A stretch of 64,000 nt of DNA from Syntrophomonadaceae bacterium (GTDB taxonomy: Bacteria; Bacillota; Dethiobacteria; DTU022): positions 1,016-65,015 of the forward strand of contig SKMK01000024.1 in NCBI GenBank assembly GCA_007121075.1, written 5' to 3'. The translations under genes and the position numbers were made by a program. Position 1 is the first letter of the stretch; every line of letters begins with the position of its first letter. The notes beneath the pieces are model-generated. The model was not told where the DNA came from. It saw nothing but the letters and a program-made list of their open reading frames with translations, and searched no databases. Positions 9,819-20,117 of the stretch are shown here, piece after piece.

Positions 9819-10556
9819 ATGACCGAGATGACCTTAGTGAAAGGCCTGCAGTCAGAGATCAATGTTCCCTTATCCCCGGAACCGGTTTGGACGCCTGTGG
9901 AAAAAGAATTGCAGGATATGAAAATAGCTCTCGTCACAGCAGCCGGTGTCCATCGCAAGCAGGACAAGAAATTCAACCTGGCTGGTGATCATACCTTCCG
10001 AGAAATTCCCGGTGATACTCCAGCTTCGGAACTCATGGTGACTCATGGCGGGTATGATAATGCAGATGCCAACAAAGATATAAACTGTATGTTCCCTCTC
10101 GACCGTTTGCATGAGCTGGCGGGAGAAGGATTTGTAAAAGAATCTGCAGACACCCATTTCGGTTTTATGGGTGGAGGCGGTGATCAAATTAAGTTGAAAG
10201 AAGAAACCGGCCCGGAAATTGTAGAAATTTTAAAAAACGAGGGTGTTGATGCTGTCGTTTTAACAGCTGGGTGAGGGACCTGTCACCGCTCTGCCGTGAT
10301 TGTGCAGAGAGCGATTGAAAATGCGGGTATCCCGACCATACTAATAGCTGCCCTTCCTCCCATAGCCAGACATTATGGAACTCCCCGCGCCTCAGCACCC
10401 CTGGTGCCCATGGGGGCAAACCTGGGTGAACCAAACAACCAGGAAAAACAGAGAAATGTGCTGCGCGACACTTTGAAGCAATTAGTGGAAATAACCACAC
10501 CGACAACTATAGTGCCTTTGCCGTACCGGTATACCGGCGGAGAGGAAGCTTCATAG
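9819..10556 (+). CDS. prdB: D-proline reductase selenoprotein PrdB (UGA 10272-10274)
   Basis: Two track ORFs join in frame through TGA: LTAG-U-GTCHRSAVIVQRAIE; AAGGAGG before ATG 9819. Confidence 0.95.
10287..10313 (+). promoter_or_regulatory. Candidate SECIS of prdB
   Basis: CGCTCTGC-cgtgattgt-GCAGAG(ag)CG hairpin 12 nt after the UGA. Confidence 0.6.
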
Positions 10557-10559
10557 AGC

Positions 10560-11327
10560 ATGAGCCAAAAAGCAGAGGCTTCAACAAAACGACTTGTTAT
10601 AAAGGTTTATCATGTCGAAGAAGTGAAATTTGCCCCCGAGAGTAAATTTGAAGGCGGTACACTATTTGTCGAGCATGAGAATTTGCCTTTGTCCGGGGAA
10701 CTTGTACCTCTGCTCAGCCGAATCGAGGTAGATATCCTAAAACCCGGACAGCTTCATAGGGAAGTTCCATCCATTCTCGATGTGATTCCCATTGCCTGCA
10801 AGGTTTTGGGGCGCCTGGGAGAAGGAATTACTCATACCCTGACCGGGGTTAGCACAGTTTTGACTTTGGCCGATGCCGGTGGGAAACCGCCGGCTCAAAT
10901 CGGCAGCTCGGCCGGCTTTTTAAACGAAAAGATGTTAACCGATCGCCCCGGCACCCCATCCGGCCGGGATTTTATTATCTTGATCCGGCTTAATTTGAAG
11001 GAAGGGGTTACTTTTTCCCGAAAAGGAATTATGGCAGCCCACCAGGCAGCGGACGATTATCTTCAAAAAATCCGAAATCAATTAAAGAAAATAGACGGGC
11101 AGGCCTATACGGAAAAACACGTTTTTGAAGAACTTTTAGATCACGGTAAAAAAAAGGTTCTTCTCATAAAACTGCTTCCGGGTCAAGGCGCAATGCATGA
11201 CTTTTTTGTTTTACCCAATGAGCCATGCGGAGTTGAAGGTAGCCGCTCCATAATCGATCTGGGAAACATGCCCGTATTTTTAACTCCAAATGAATACCGG
11301 GATGGAGCTCTGAGGGCCTTGACTTGA
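10560..11327 (+). CDS. prdD: Proline reductase cluster protein PrdD
   Basis: Paralogous to the PrdA segment before the cleavage site (GQGAMHD, SIIDLGNMPV, ends GALRALT). Confidence 0.88.
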   Translation: MSQKAEASTKRLVIKVYHVEEVKFAPESKFEGGTLFVEHENLPLSGELVPLLSRIEVDILKPGQLHREVPSILDVIPIACKVLGRLGEGITHTLTGVSTVLTLADAGGKPPAQIGSSAGFLNEKMLTDRPGTPSGRDFIILIRLNLKEGVTFSRKGIMAAHQAADDYLQKIRNQLKKIDGQAYTEKHVFEELLDHGKKKVLLIKLLPGQGAMHDFFVLPNEPCGVEGSRSIIDLGNMPVFLTPNEYRDGALRALT

Positions 11328-11401
11328 AAGAACTTGCTTTTAACCCAAACAGTATTGGACCGTGCTTTGAAGGCTGAATAATGTTCCGGGAGGAATAAAA
11401 C

Positions 11402-11860
11402 ATGGGAATTGGCCCTTCTACCAAGGAAACTACCAGGCACCATTTCAAAGATCCCCTTTTGGAATTACTGGGTGATGATAACGATTGCCGACCGGTGGGG
11501 GTAATAGTGGTAGGAATAGCGGCTGATTATGAAAGCAAGAAATATATCATCGATCGCCTTGGCACATGGGTGGGCGCCCTTAAACCTGACGGAGCCATAG
11601 TTTCCATGGACAGCTGGGGCAACAGCCATATAGATTTCAATCTTTTACTGGAAAAGTTGTCAAATATGAAAATTACAGCTGTGGGGCTTTGCTTTCAGGG
11701 AAAACAAGCCGAACCGGTAACCCCGAACAGCTCCCATGCTGTTGTGGTTGATACCAGCAAGTCTCCAGGAGGGCGGGAGACTGAAATTCTTGGGGAAAAC
11801 AATATCAACAGGCAGGATGCCCGCAAAGCACTGGCAATGTTGAAATTACTGAGCAATTAG
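11402..11860 (+). CDS. prdE: Proline reductase cluster protein PrdE
   Basis: Starts MGIGPSTKETTRHHF; WGNSHIDF; paralogous to the PrdA segment after the cleavage site. Confidence 0.88.
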   Translation: MGIGPSTKETTRHHFKDPLLELLGDDNDCRPVGVIVVGIAADYESKKYIIDRLGTWVGALKPDGAIVSMDSWGNSHIDFNLLLEKLSNMKITAVGLCFQGKQAEPVTPNSSHAVVVDTSKSPGGRETEILGENNINRQDARKALAMLKLLSN

Positions 11861-11909
11861 CACTTCTGGCTGATATATCGTTTGAATCAAATCTCTTAAA
11901 AATAAGGTT

Positions 11910-12503
11910 TCAAAGTTCTCCCGCTGAAGTTACTCGGAGCAAGGGGTAAAGCGGGTTTTTCCTGTACATTTCTATGGTCCGGTTGTGGTTGCTTTCCGGG
12001 TAAGCGGCGGTGCAGTCTTCAAGCAGGATGGTCTTGAAATCGTGACATATGGCATCCAGGACAGTGGCCAGAACGCAAAAGTTGGTGGTGACTCCCGCTA
12101 CTGCGCACAGGGTTATATTTTGATCGCGCAGGCTTTTTCCCAGCCCGGTTTGAAAAAAAGCAGAAAACCGCGGCTTGGGCAACCAGGTATCGTATTCCAG
12201 CTTGTAGTCGAGACTGCTTGCAATTTCTGCCCCACGGGTTCCAACCAGTGAATGAGGCCGGAGACGGCCGGTAAAAATAAAATCATTTTGATAATAAGCA
12301 TCGGTGGAAAAAATAACCGGCCATTTCTGTTCCCTGAATACCCGGATCAGGTCATTTATGGGCGGAACAATCTTTCTGGCCGCTTCTGTGATCGGCAGAG
12401 GATGTTCGGCTTCTAAATTATCTTTGACCATGTCGATGATCAGAAGTGCCGGTTTTTCTCCGGCTAAAATATTCTTTTCTTTCCCCTGGTTCGAATTATC
12501 CAA
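11910..12503 (-). CDS. Isochorismatase-family cysteine hydrolase
   Basis: ALLIIDM, KPRFSAF, GVTTNFCV. Confidence 0.9.
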   Translation of the reverse strand: MDNSNQGKEKNILAGEKPALLIIDMVKDNLEAEHPLPITEAARKIVPPINDLIRVFREQKWPVIFSTDAYYQNDFIFTGRLRPHSLVGTRGAEIASSLDYKLEYDTWLPKPRFSAFFQTGLGKSLRDQNITLCAVAGVTTNFCVLATVLDAICHDFKTILLEDCTAAYPESNHNRTIEMYRKNPLYPLLRVTSAGEL

Positions 12504-12593
12504 CAGCAGATCCCTCCCGGTGCAGATATGTATAAAAGCGAGCCTGCCGTTAATCCAGGCTCATCGACAGGCCCGCCTTACTGGACTGCTGTA

Positions 12594-13394
12594 TTAACGC
12601 AGATATATTTTTTCTACTACAAATTCGCCTTCAAAGCTTTCGCCGTCGGCATCGTGGACTTCCCAGCCGGTAACCATCTGAAAATCTCCAAAATCAGCTA
12701 CTTTTATAATAGCAGAACCCGACTCGCCTTCTGGAACGGCAGGCGGGCCTGCGCTTATTTCAATGGAATGAACCCTGGCGGAAAGATCGCCGTAAGTTTC
12801 GGTATCAGTACCGATATGCCTGTGTGTTATCCCATCAACAGTATGTCTACCGAGATTTGCTATGTTATAAGCATCAACCTGGTGAAACGGCAGCATTACC
12901 ATAGACATCATCGGCGCAGCAACCATTTGGGCCATCTCGGCCGGAAATTCTTCGCCATTTGTTACAAGCCTCCTGAACTCACCGTCACCGTCAATCCACA
13001 TTGTAAAGTTGCCTTCTCCTTCAATACTAAACTCGACCTTGTCGGTTTGTACTCCCTCGACTTCTTCTGTCCCTAAATGCTTGTAATTAATGCTGAATTT
13101 TTCGCCCCCCACTTCCCCTACGCTGTATTGGATTTCTTTAATTGTGGCTACAAAATCCTGGTAGGTTTCCGGGGCTACCCAGTAGTCAACATCAAAAAGT
13201 TCTTCCTCGCCATCTATCTCAGGGTCCACATCTTCATCAACATCAGCTTCTTCAACCGGAGCATCTTCTTCGGGCTCGGCCGGTTCTTCGACTGCTTCTG
13301 GCGTCTCCTCGGTTTCTCCACATCCCGCGGTAGCAATCATTAATACTACCACTAAAAAAACCAGCAATCCCAATCCTTTTTTCATTTTTTCCAC
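12594..13394 (-). CDS. Acidic lipoprotein, unknown function
   Basis: Signal peptide with lipobox TAG|C, Glu/Pro-rich linker. Confidence 0.8.
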   Translation of the reverse strand: MEKMKKGLGLLVFLVVVLMIATAGCGETEETPEAVEEPAEPEEDAPVEEADVDEDVDPEIDGEEELFDVDYWVAPETYQDFVATIKEIQYSVGEVGGEKFSINYKHLGTEEVEGVQTDKVEFSIEGEGNFTMWIDGDGEFRRLVTNGEEFPAEMAQMVAAPMMSMVMLPFHQVDAYNIANLGRHTVDGITHRHIGTDTETYGDLSARVHSIEISAGPPAVPEGESGSAIIKVADFGDFQMVTGWEVHDADGESFEGEFVVEKIYLR

Positions 13395-13649
13395 CCGCCC
13401 TTTTTATATTTTTTCATGAGATATTTTTCCTATTGAATTATAATTCTTGAGATAATATGCTATTCCTGCAAAAGATGATACAATCAATAATTAAAATTTA
13501 AGACAAACCAAATCAACCCCCCTTTCCCGGTTGTTAATTGTGATTTGTTTTGGCAGGGTTGTAGCTTTTTGCCGGTAAGCAGGTATGAGTTTTATTGCAA
13601 GAGGTTTCATTGTCCATCATCACCTGTAAAATCCATCGTTTACCTCGCC

Positions 13650-13832
13650 AGCCTGGTGATGCCGCTGTCATGGTGCCTTTATACATGTTTTCAGATCGTC
13701 ATTGCCAAAAGCATCAAGCATTAAAAAAGGATCAAAGTCTTAAACATCTGGTTTCCCGATAACCCGGGTCACTTTTACTCCGGCACCGTCAACCTTTTTT
13801 CCTTGCAATTATCTTTTTATTTTACGCAGCAA
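13650..13832 (-). pseudogene. Pirin pseudogene fragment
   Basis: MLRKIKR*LQGKKVDGAGVKVTRVIGKPDV*DFDPFLMLDAF: pirin N-terminus with two stops. Confidence 0.75.
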
Positions 13833-13986
13833 TTAAATCATTCCCTGCAAAGGGATTGTCAGTGCAAAGCCAATTAACTATTAAAACTATAGACATTATA
13901 TTAATATGGTGAAAAAAAGTCAATTCCCCTGTTTTAAATTGTACAAATTCTAACTGTGGCCGAGATCTGGCTGGGGGCGAGACAAT

Positions 13987-14385
13987 CTATATTTTCTCTT
14001 TTGCCCTGGATATAAATTTTTCTTGATCGACGATAAAACGTTCATGCCAGCCCTCTCCGATTGGGCCGGCCTCATCTTCTGCTGAAACCTGGAAAACAAG
14101 CCTTTTGCCATCCACTTTAACCAGTTCGGCACGGGCGGTTGCAGTCATACCGACCGGTGTAGCCGCTGTATGGGTGATGTCGATTTTAATTCCTACAGTG
14201 GTCCGTCCTTCAGGCAAATGTCTTTCCAGGGAGTTGATAGCAGCAATTTCCATCAAGGCGACCAGCATCGGGGTGGCAAAAACAGGGACGCTGCCGCTGC
14301 CAATTTCAAGGGCCGTGTTAGATTCGCTTACGGTTGTTTCGGCTTTTCCGGTCAGGCCCGGTTCCATTTTGGTCATTTCTGACAA
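13987..14385 (-). CDS. FlK-like hotdog thioesterase
   Basis: VFATPMLVALMEIAA, ITHTAATPVG, GEGWHERFIV. Confidence 0.9.
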   Translation of the reverse strand: MSEMTKMEPGLTGKAETTVSESNTALEIGSGSVPVFATPMLVALMEIAAINSLERHLPEGRTTVGIKIDITHTAATPVGMTATARAELVKVDGKRLVFQVSAEDEAGPIGEGWHERFIVDQEKFISRAKEKI

Positions 14386-14552
14386 CTCTCCTTTGTTTGC
14401 AGTTTTTGGCTGTTGTTTGCTCCCATTTTATATTATGTCCTGGTATGTTTATATCTTTTTAAATACCACGCGTCAATTAATTAAGTGTAATTAAGTGGTA
14501 AAAGTGTTGACATAAAGGCAGGATTTTTATGAAAGGTAACGAATTATACCAA

Positions 14553-14885
14553 GTCCAGGGTGTGCTGACTGATATTACCGATCGGAAAAAAAAGCTGAAG
14601 AAAAGATTATCTACATGAGCTTCCATGATAACCTGGCCGACCTATAAAACCGTTATTATTTGGATACAGAAATTAAAAGGCTTTATGTAGACCGGCAGCT
14701 TCCGATCAGCATTATTATCGCTGATGTCAATGGTTTGAAACTGATTAATGCCATCTATAACCACGTTAAAGGCGATGAAATGTTGAAATGTGCTGCCAGT
14801 AATATTAGGAAAGCGCGCCGGCAGTCAATTTGATCCCGGGCTGGTAAAAATATTCCTGGCCATAATTGATGATCGGGAAGGATAA
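14553..14885 (+). pseudogene. Collapsed PAS-GGDEF-HD-GYP gene
   Basis: DITDRK / AEEKIIYMSFHDNLADL*NRYY..IIIADVNGLKLIN..GDEMLK joined directly to AGSQFDPGLVKIF; frameshift and stop. Confidence 0.8.
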
Positions 14886-14944
14886 GATTGGAAAAAACAG
14901 AAAAGGTATTCTATAAAATTTGGGTTCAGGCAGGGTGATCTGCT

Positions 14945-15142
14945 ATGGCCGAGCAAAATGATGAACTGCTCAAATTGACCAGGGAAGTCAGGCAGCTATC
15001 TGATTATATTGCCAGCCTGAAACGGAAAAAGAACAGGATGCCCGAGGGGCCGGAAAAAGAACAGCTTGCCGAAGATATCAAAATGAGGCAATTCCAGGCC
15101 CTGTTTTATCTTGAAAAAATGGAAAACCTGGCCAAAGATTAA
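14945..15142 (+). CDS. Small helical hypothetical protein
   Basis: 65-aa charged ORF directly upstream of the GNAT gene. Confidence 0.6.
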   Translation: MAEQNDELLKLTREVRQLSDYIASLKRKKNRMPEGPEKEQLAEDIKMRQFQALFYLEKMENLAKD

Positions 15143-15159
15143 AGGAAGAATGATTAGGG

Positions 15160-15651
15160 ATGGTCAATACAAGCGGGATAATTATTCGAACTACAATCAA
15201 GCCAGGAGATACAGGCTATATTACCTTTATGCACGGAAAACTTTACGCTGAAGAATGCGGTTTTGACCATACCTTTGAACCCTATGTTGCCATCCCCCTT
15301 TCTGAGTTTATAAAAAATCAAGGTCCCAGGGAACGGATCTGGATTGTAGAAAGAGACGGCCTGGTAATGGGCTCGGTGGCAGTAGTAAAGTGCAGTGATG
15401 AGCAGGCTCAGCTGCGCTGGCTGCTGCTTGACCCTGAAATCAGAGAACGCGGGGTAGGCAGGCAATTAATCGAGGAAGCGCTTGCTTTTACCCGCCGCTG
15501 CGGTTATTCTTCCATTTTCCTCTTAACCGTGGACATCCTGCCCCGGGCAGCCGGCCTGTATAAATCTTTCGGTTTCAAGGTTACTGAAGAAACAAAGACC
15601 CGGATGTGGGGCAGAGAGATGACCGAACAAAAATATGAACTGAATCTGTAA
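15160..15651 (+). CDS. GNAT acetyltransferase
   Basis: AQLRWLLLDPEIRERGVGRQL, AAGLYKSFGF. Confidence 0.9.
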   Translation: MVNTSGIIIRTTIKPGDTGYITFMHGKLYAEECGFDHTFEPYVAIPLSEFIKNQGPRERIWIVERDGLVMGSVAVVKCSDEQAQLRWLLLDPEIRERGVGRQLIEEALAFTRRCGYSSIFLLTVDILPRAAGLYKSFGFKVTEETKTRMWGREMTEQKYELNL

Positions 15652-16002
15652 TCATCTTGGCCCTCTAAATAAATATTACCCACTGGTTTCCAGGTTCAGC
15701 CCTTCTTCGACTTATCTATACCTTTATTTACCTGTAAGCAGCATAAGCATTCTAAAACTAGATGTATCATTTATCCTGGCTGGCAGGTATTTTTCCGGAA
15801 ATGTAGAAATATCATATAATTCCAACAAACCGGCTCGGTTAGCTTATTCCTCTAACGCCTACCATCATTATAGCGCAGGAAGCAGCAGGCGCCGGCGGAA
15901 AGAGAGGACGCCGGGAAGTCGGACAGGCCAAGTCCTGATACTGTGCAGTTTTTTAATCTTAAGTTGAGCATATAAAACTAACCGCTTGTTGGAGGTATAA
16001 AA

Positions 16003-16890
16003 ATGTTCAAGAACCGGGATAAAATCATGGCTCGAGTGGCGGAGATGCCGAAAGGAGAAAAATCAGCGTCAAACCGTTACTGGTGCCTGACCTGCAAAAT
16101 GCTCTTTTCTATGGAGGAACCGGTCTGTCCCTATATGCCCAGAATTTGTATCAACAGTCCCATACCGATAGAGCTGGTAGGGCCGGAATCTACAATCAGC
16201 CTGGAAAAGATTGGCCTCTTTTACCCGAAAATACCCCAGAAAATGCTGGCCTTTCTGGCAAAAGGTGATCCCCAAAAAGCAGCTGCCAAATGGGTGGAAG
16301 TATACCTTGATTTCCTCGATCAATGGAACTTTGAGTACAGGCACGAGCCGCTGCAGACTATTAAAAGCTTCATCATCACCATATCAGGAAGTGAAACGGG
16401 GCAGCGGATTCGCTCGGGAGAGATTACCCTGGTGCTGACCGATCTGGAAAAAGTTTGGGATGAAGATATTTTCTTCGAGCTTTTGGAACCTGCCCTGGAC
16501 CTGTTAAAAGAAAAGCTGGGCGTAAAGGAGAAGATTACCCTGGACAGCCTTGAAATTCTGGGCGATATGGATACAGGCAAGTATTTTTGCCCGATGTGCA
16601 GTAAGTTCTTTGAGTTTTCGACCCAAAAAGATTCAATCACCTGCCCGTTAATGGCCCAGAAATGCATGGCTGTGCCCACCAATATCAATAACATCAAGTA
16701 CAAACTAGAACATTTGGTCCGGGTTTACGATTATACCCCTGATATCTACATGAGGATGGCTGAAGCGCTTGAACCGCAGTCTGGAGCGAAGGATTACCTG
16801 CGCCAGCTGCTTGAAGAAGAATGGCTGTTCGAGGTGGATGAAGAACAGCTTGATTCGCTGTGCCGTCTGCTCGGCATAAAGAGCTCTTAG
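16003..16890 (+). CDS. Hypothetical protein with two Cys4 metal-binding motifs
   Basis: CLTC-x10-CPYMPRIC and CPMC-x14-CPLMAQKC; RBS GGAGG. Confidence 0.8.
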   Translation: MFKNRDKIMARVAEMPKGEKSASNRYWCLTCKMLFSMEEPVCPYMPRICINSPIPIELVGPESTISLEKIGLFYPKIPQKMLAFLAKGDPQKAAAKWVEVYLDFLDQWNFEYRHEPLQTIKSFIITISGSETGQRIRSGEITLVLTDLEKVWDEDIFFELLEPALDLLKEKLGVKEKITLDSLEILGDMDTGKYFCPMCSKFFEFSTQKDSITCPLMAQKCMAVPTNINNIKYKLEHLVRVYDYTPDIYMRMAEALEPQSGAKDYLRQLLEEEWLFEVDEEQLDSLCRLLGIKSS

Positions 16891-16974
16891 GAGCAGCGAT
16901 TATAATTGAAATAACGGGTTTGTTTTTAGCCCGGCGGGAAATCGAAGGATCAACTACATCAGAGGAGGTTAATA

Positions 16975-19014
16975 ATGGGAGGTATGTACAAGGTAGGTAT
17001 CGTAGGCGCCGGTAATATGGGGAGCGGTGTAGCCCAGAAAATGGCCCAGGAAGGTCTGGATGTTAAGTTGGCCGATATTGCGGATGAATTCCTGCAGAAA
17101 GGCCTGGACAACATCAAGCAGACCCTGCAACAGGGGGTGGAACGGAAGATCTTTACCCAGGAACAGGTTGAAAACACCCTCTCCAGGATTAAAGGGACAA
17201 CCAGACTAGAAGACCTGGCTGACCGGGACCTTGTATTAGAAGCGGTCTTTGAAAATGAAAAGGTAAAAGGTGAAGTTTTCAGCTCCCTGGACGGAATTTG
17301 TCCCCCGGATACGGTTTTGGCTACCAACACCTCGAGTTTCAGGGTCATGGATCTGGCCGGTTATACCAGCTACCGGGATCGGGTCATTGGGATGCACTAT
17401 TTTTATCACCCGGCCATGAACCGTCTCCTTGAAATTGTCTGCCATGAAGGAACCAGTGAAGAAATCCTCAATAAAGCGCTGCTTATCAGTAAACTGCACG
17501 GTAAAACTACAATTGTAGTCAAGGATTCCCCCGGTTTTGCAGTAAACAGGTTTTTTATTCCCTGGTATGTCGAAGCGATCCGTATCCTTGAAGAAGGAGC
17601 GGCTAATATCCCCACTATCGAAGAAGCGGCCAAAAATGCTTTTAAAATTGGCATGGGCCCCTTTGAATTGATTAATGTTACCGGGGTGCCTATTGCTTAC
17701 CACTCCGCCGTTGTCCTCGGTAAAGAAATCGGGCCTTTTTACGATGCTCCGGATCTTTTACGCAAACAGTTCGAGTCAAAGCAAAACTGGGATCTCAGCG
17801 GTGATGTGGATGAATCCAAGTTTTCGCTGGTTTCTGATCGCCTTTACGCTACAGCGATCGGGGTGTCATCGGACCTGGTTGAAGAGGAAGTGGCGACGAT
17901 GGAAGATACGGACCGGGGCGCAAAAATCGGGCTGCGCTGGCGCTACGGACCTTTTGAACTGGCCAACCGGATCGGGATTGATGAAGCTTACCGTATTGTC
18001 AGCGAGATGAGCAAACGCCACCCGGATTTCAAAGTTTCAGGCCTGATTAAAAAGCAGAAAGAAAAAGGCGAGCCCTTTACCTTTAAGTACGTGGACCTGG
18101 AGATCAAAGGTAATATTGCCTACATTACCATCAACAGGCCGGAGGCGATGAATGCCCTCAATCCCGCGGTGGTGGATCAGCTGGCCCGGGAATTTGATCA
18201 GGCAGAAAAGGATCCCTCAGTAAACGGAATTGTCATACAGGCGGCCGGCAAGGAGTTCGTGGCCGGGGCAGATATCGGCTTTTTCGTGAAAAATATGAAA
18301 AACGATAATTTCAAGGCCATTTATGAATTTACCCGTCAGGGCCATGAACTGCTGAAGAGGATCGAAGAATCACCCAGAACCACAATAGCTTTGCTGGACG
18401 GGCTGTCTTTGGGCGGCGGCAGTGAGCTGGCCCTGGCCTGCCAGGCTATCGTGGCCACTACCGGCGGTTCGCTCGGCTTCCCCGAAACAGGCATCGGTAT
18501 TTATCCCGGACTGGGAGGCATGTACCGATTGAGCAGGCATGTCGGCCCGGAACTGGCCAAGTACTTCGTCTTTACCGGCAAAACCCTGCGGGCTAAGGAT
18601 GCTTTTGAGCTGGGCATTGTAAACAGGCTGGTGGAGTTGCCGGAAGTAGAAAGGGCAATCAAAGAGTTGATTGATGAGGGAGTTCCCGATAAGTACAGTT
18701 TCCGGGAGATCCCTGCTTCTTACAGCCAGATTAAAAATGCCTTTTCTCCTGAAAACGTAAAACTTATGCTTAAAGGGCAGCCTCCCCAGGGAGTTGATGA
18801 AGAGTTTGCCTCTAAGACGGCCCGGATCGTTTCTAAAAAGGCGCCTTTGGCCTTGAAGATGGCCAATGAACTGATCGACGCCCAGGCCGGTGCCGATACC
18901 GATAAGGCTATAGAACTCGAACTGGATCGGTTGCAGGAGATATTCTCCACCGAAGATGCCCTGGCCGGCTTGCAGGCCCCTCCGGGACGGCCTCCCGAAT
19001 ATAAGGGCCGGTAA
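16975..19014 (+). CDS. 3-hydroxyacyl-CoA dehydrogenase / enoyl-CoA hydratase fusion
   Basis: GAGNMGSG, NTSS, GMHYFYHP; C-terminal crotonase INRPEAMNAL, AGADI, GGGSELALAC, PETGIG. Confidence 0.92.
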   Translation: MGGMYKVGIVGAGNMGSGVAQKMAQEGLDVKLADIADEFLQKGLDNIKQTLQQGVERKIFTQEQVENTLSRIKGTTRLEDLADRDLVLEAVFENEKVKGEVFSSLDGICPPDTVLATNTSSFRVMDLAGYTSYRDRVIGMHYFYHPAMNRLLEIVCHEGTSEEILNKALLISKLHGKTTIVVKDSPGFAVNRFFIPWYVEAIRILEEGAANIPTIEEAAKNAFKIGMGPFELINVTGVPIAYHSAVVLGKEIGPFYDAPDLLRKQFESKQNWDLSGDVDESKFSLVSDRLYATAIGVSSDLVEEEVATMEDTDRGAKIGLRWRYGPFELANRIGIDEAYRIVSEMSKRHPDFKVSGLIKKQKEKGEPFTFKYVDLEIKGNIAYITINRPEAMNALNPAVVDQLAREFDQAEKDPSVNGIVIQAAGKEFVAGADIGFFVKNMKNDNFKAIYEFTRQGHELLKRIEESPRTTIALLDGLSLGGGSELALACQAIVATTGGSLGFPETGIGIYPGLGGMYRLSRHVGPELAKYFVFTGKTLRAKDAFELGIVNRLVELPEVERAIKELIDEGVPDKYSFREIPASYSQIKNAFSPENVKLMLKGQPPQGVDEEFASKTARIVSKKAPLALKMANELIDAQAGADTDKAIELELDRLQEIFSTEDALAGLQAPPGRPPEYKGR

Positions 19015-19027
19015 AAAACAAATGCAA

Positions 19028-19052
19028 AAGGCGGGGGATTTTACCCCGCCTT
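19028..19052 (+). terminator. Intrinsic terminator
   Basis: AAGGCGGGG-attttta-CCCCGCCTT after the stop. Confidence 0.7.
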
Positions 19053-19176
19053 CTTCAATTAAAATAACACAGCTGATAAAGAGAATGGCAGCAGTTCTTA
19101 CACTTGCCCGGGGTGATAAGAGACTTCATGAAGCCCAAAAAGGCGGTAATAATACGGTGAAATAAAGCCAGCTCTA

Positions 19177-19830
19177 TTAGTTATCTTTTTGTTCAACCAA
19201 TGGGAGAAAGCGGCAGCCGCCAAGGCTTTCCCGATTGATATTGCCCCGGCTGTCTTTGCTGATCACCAGGAGCTCCTGCCCGCCCATGTCGCCGACGGGG
19301 ATGACCAGTTTGCCCCCGGGGGCCAGCTGTTCCAGAAGGGCCGGGGGGATCTTTTCGGATGCGGCTGCTGCCAGAATTCCGTCAAAGGGAGCTTCTTCAG
19401 GCCAGCCTTTGGTTCCGTCACCGATCCTGTAGGTTACATTATCATAGCCCAACTCGTCGAGCATTATGGAAGCGGACCGGGAGAGTTTCTCAAACCGTTC
19501 AATGGTGTAAACGTGCCCGGCCAGTTCTGCCAGGATTGCGGTCTGGTAGCCGGAACCGGTCCCGATATCCAGGACTTTTTCATCACCTTTAAGCTCCAGG
19601 GCTTCGGTCATCAGGGCGACGATATAGGGTTGGGAGATGGTTTGGTCATGTTCTATGGGCAGGGGGTGGTCCTCGTAAGCCAGGGGCCGCTGGTCCGGGC
19701 CTACAAAAATATGCCTGGGAATTTTTAAAAAGGCATCTAAGACTCTTTTGTCTCTTACACCACGGGCCTTAATCTGGCTTTCAACCATGTTTTTCCGGAG
19801 CCACTCGTAGCTTTCCCCCATCATTGCCAT
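19177..19830 (-). CDS. pcm: Protein-L-isoaspartate O-methyltransferase
   Basis: QTISQPYIVA, DIGTGSGYQTA, APFDGI, GGKLVIPVG. Confidence 0.95.
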   Translation of the reverse strand: MAMMGESYEWLRKNMVESQIKARGVRDKRVLDAFLKIPRHIFVGPDQRPLAYEDHPLPIEHDQTISQPYIVALMTEALELKGDEKVLDIGTGSGYQTAILAELAGHVYTIERFEKLSRSASIMLDELGYDNVTYRIGDGTKGWPEEAPFDGILAAAASEKIPPALLEQLAPGGKLVIPVGDMGGQELLVISKDSRGNINRESLGGCRFLPLVEQKDN

Positions 19831-20117
19831 ATACGCTCATTCCCTTCTCAAGTTTGAAATGATTACTTGCTACTAATATAACATTGCCTTCTATGTGTTA
19901 TCAATCGAAAGTAGTATGATACAATTTTTACTGCGGCAGCCAGGACAAAAAGGCAGAATCACAGGCCCTGGTTTTTCCCGGTTTGACTGGTTTGATCAAT
20001 AACAGCTATAATCATGGCAAGTAAGTTTCGGGCAATGTGAAAGTCATTATTGATCCGGTGCAATTTATTGTAGAGCGGCATTAAAAGTAAGCGCTTAAGG
20101 AGGAAATTGAGAAAATT

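Noticed and set aside
11325-11402. UGA readthrough joining prdD and prdE
   Set aside because: prdE is in a different frame and has its own GGAGG RBS; separate prdD and prdE genes are the known arrangement.
15860-15950. GC-rich leader upstream of the twin-Cys4 gene as a riboswitch
   Set aside because: No known aptamer consensus or convincing long stem could be identified by eye.
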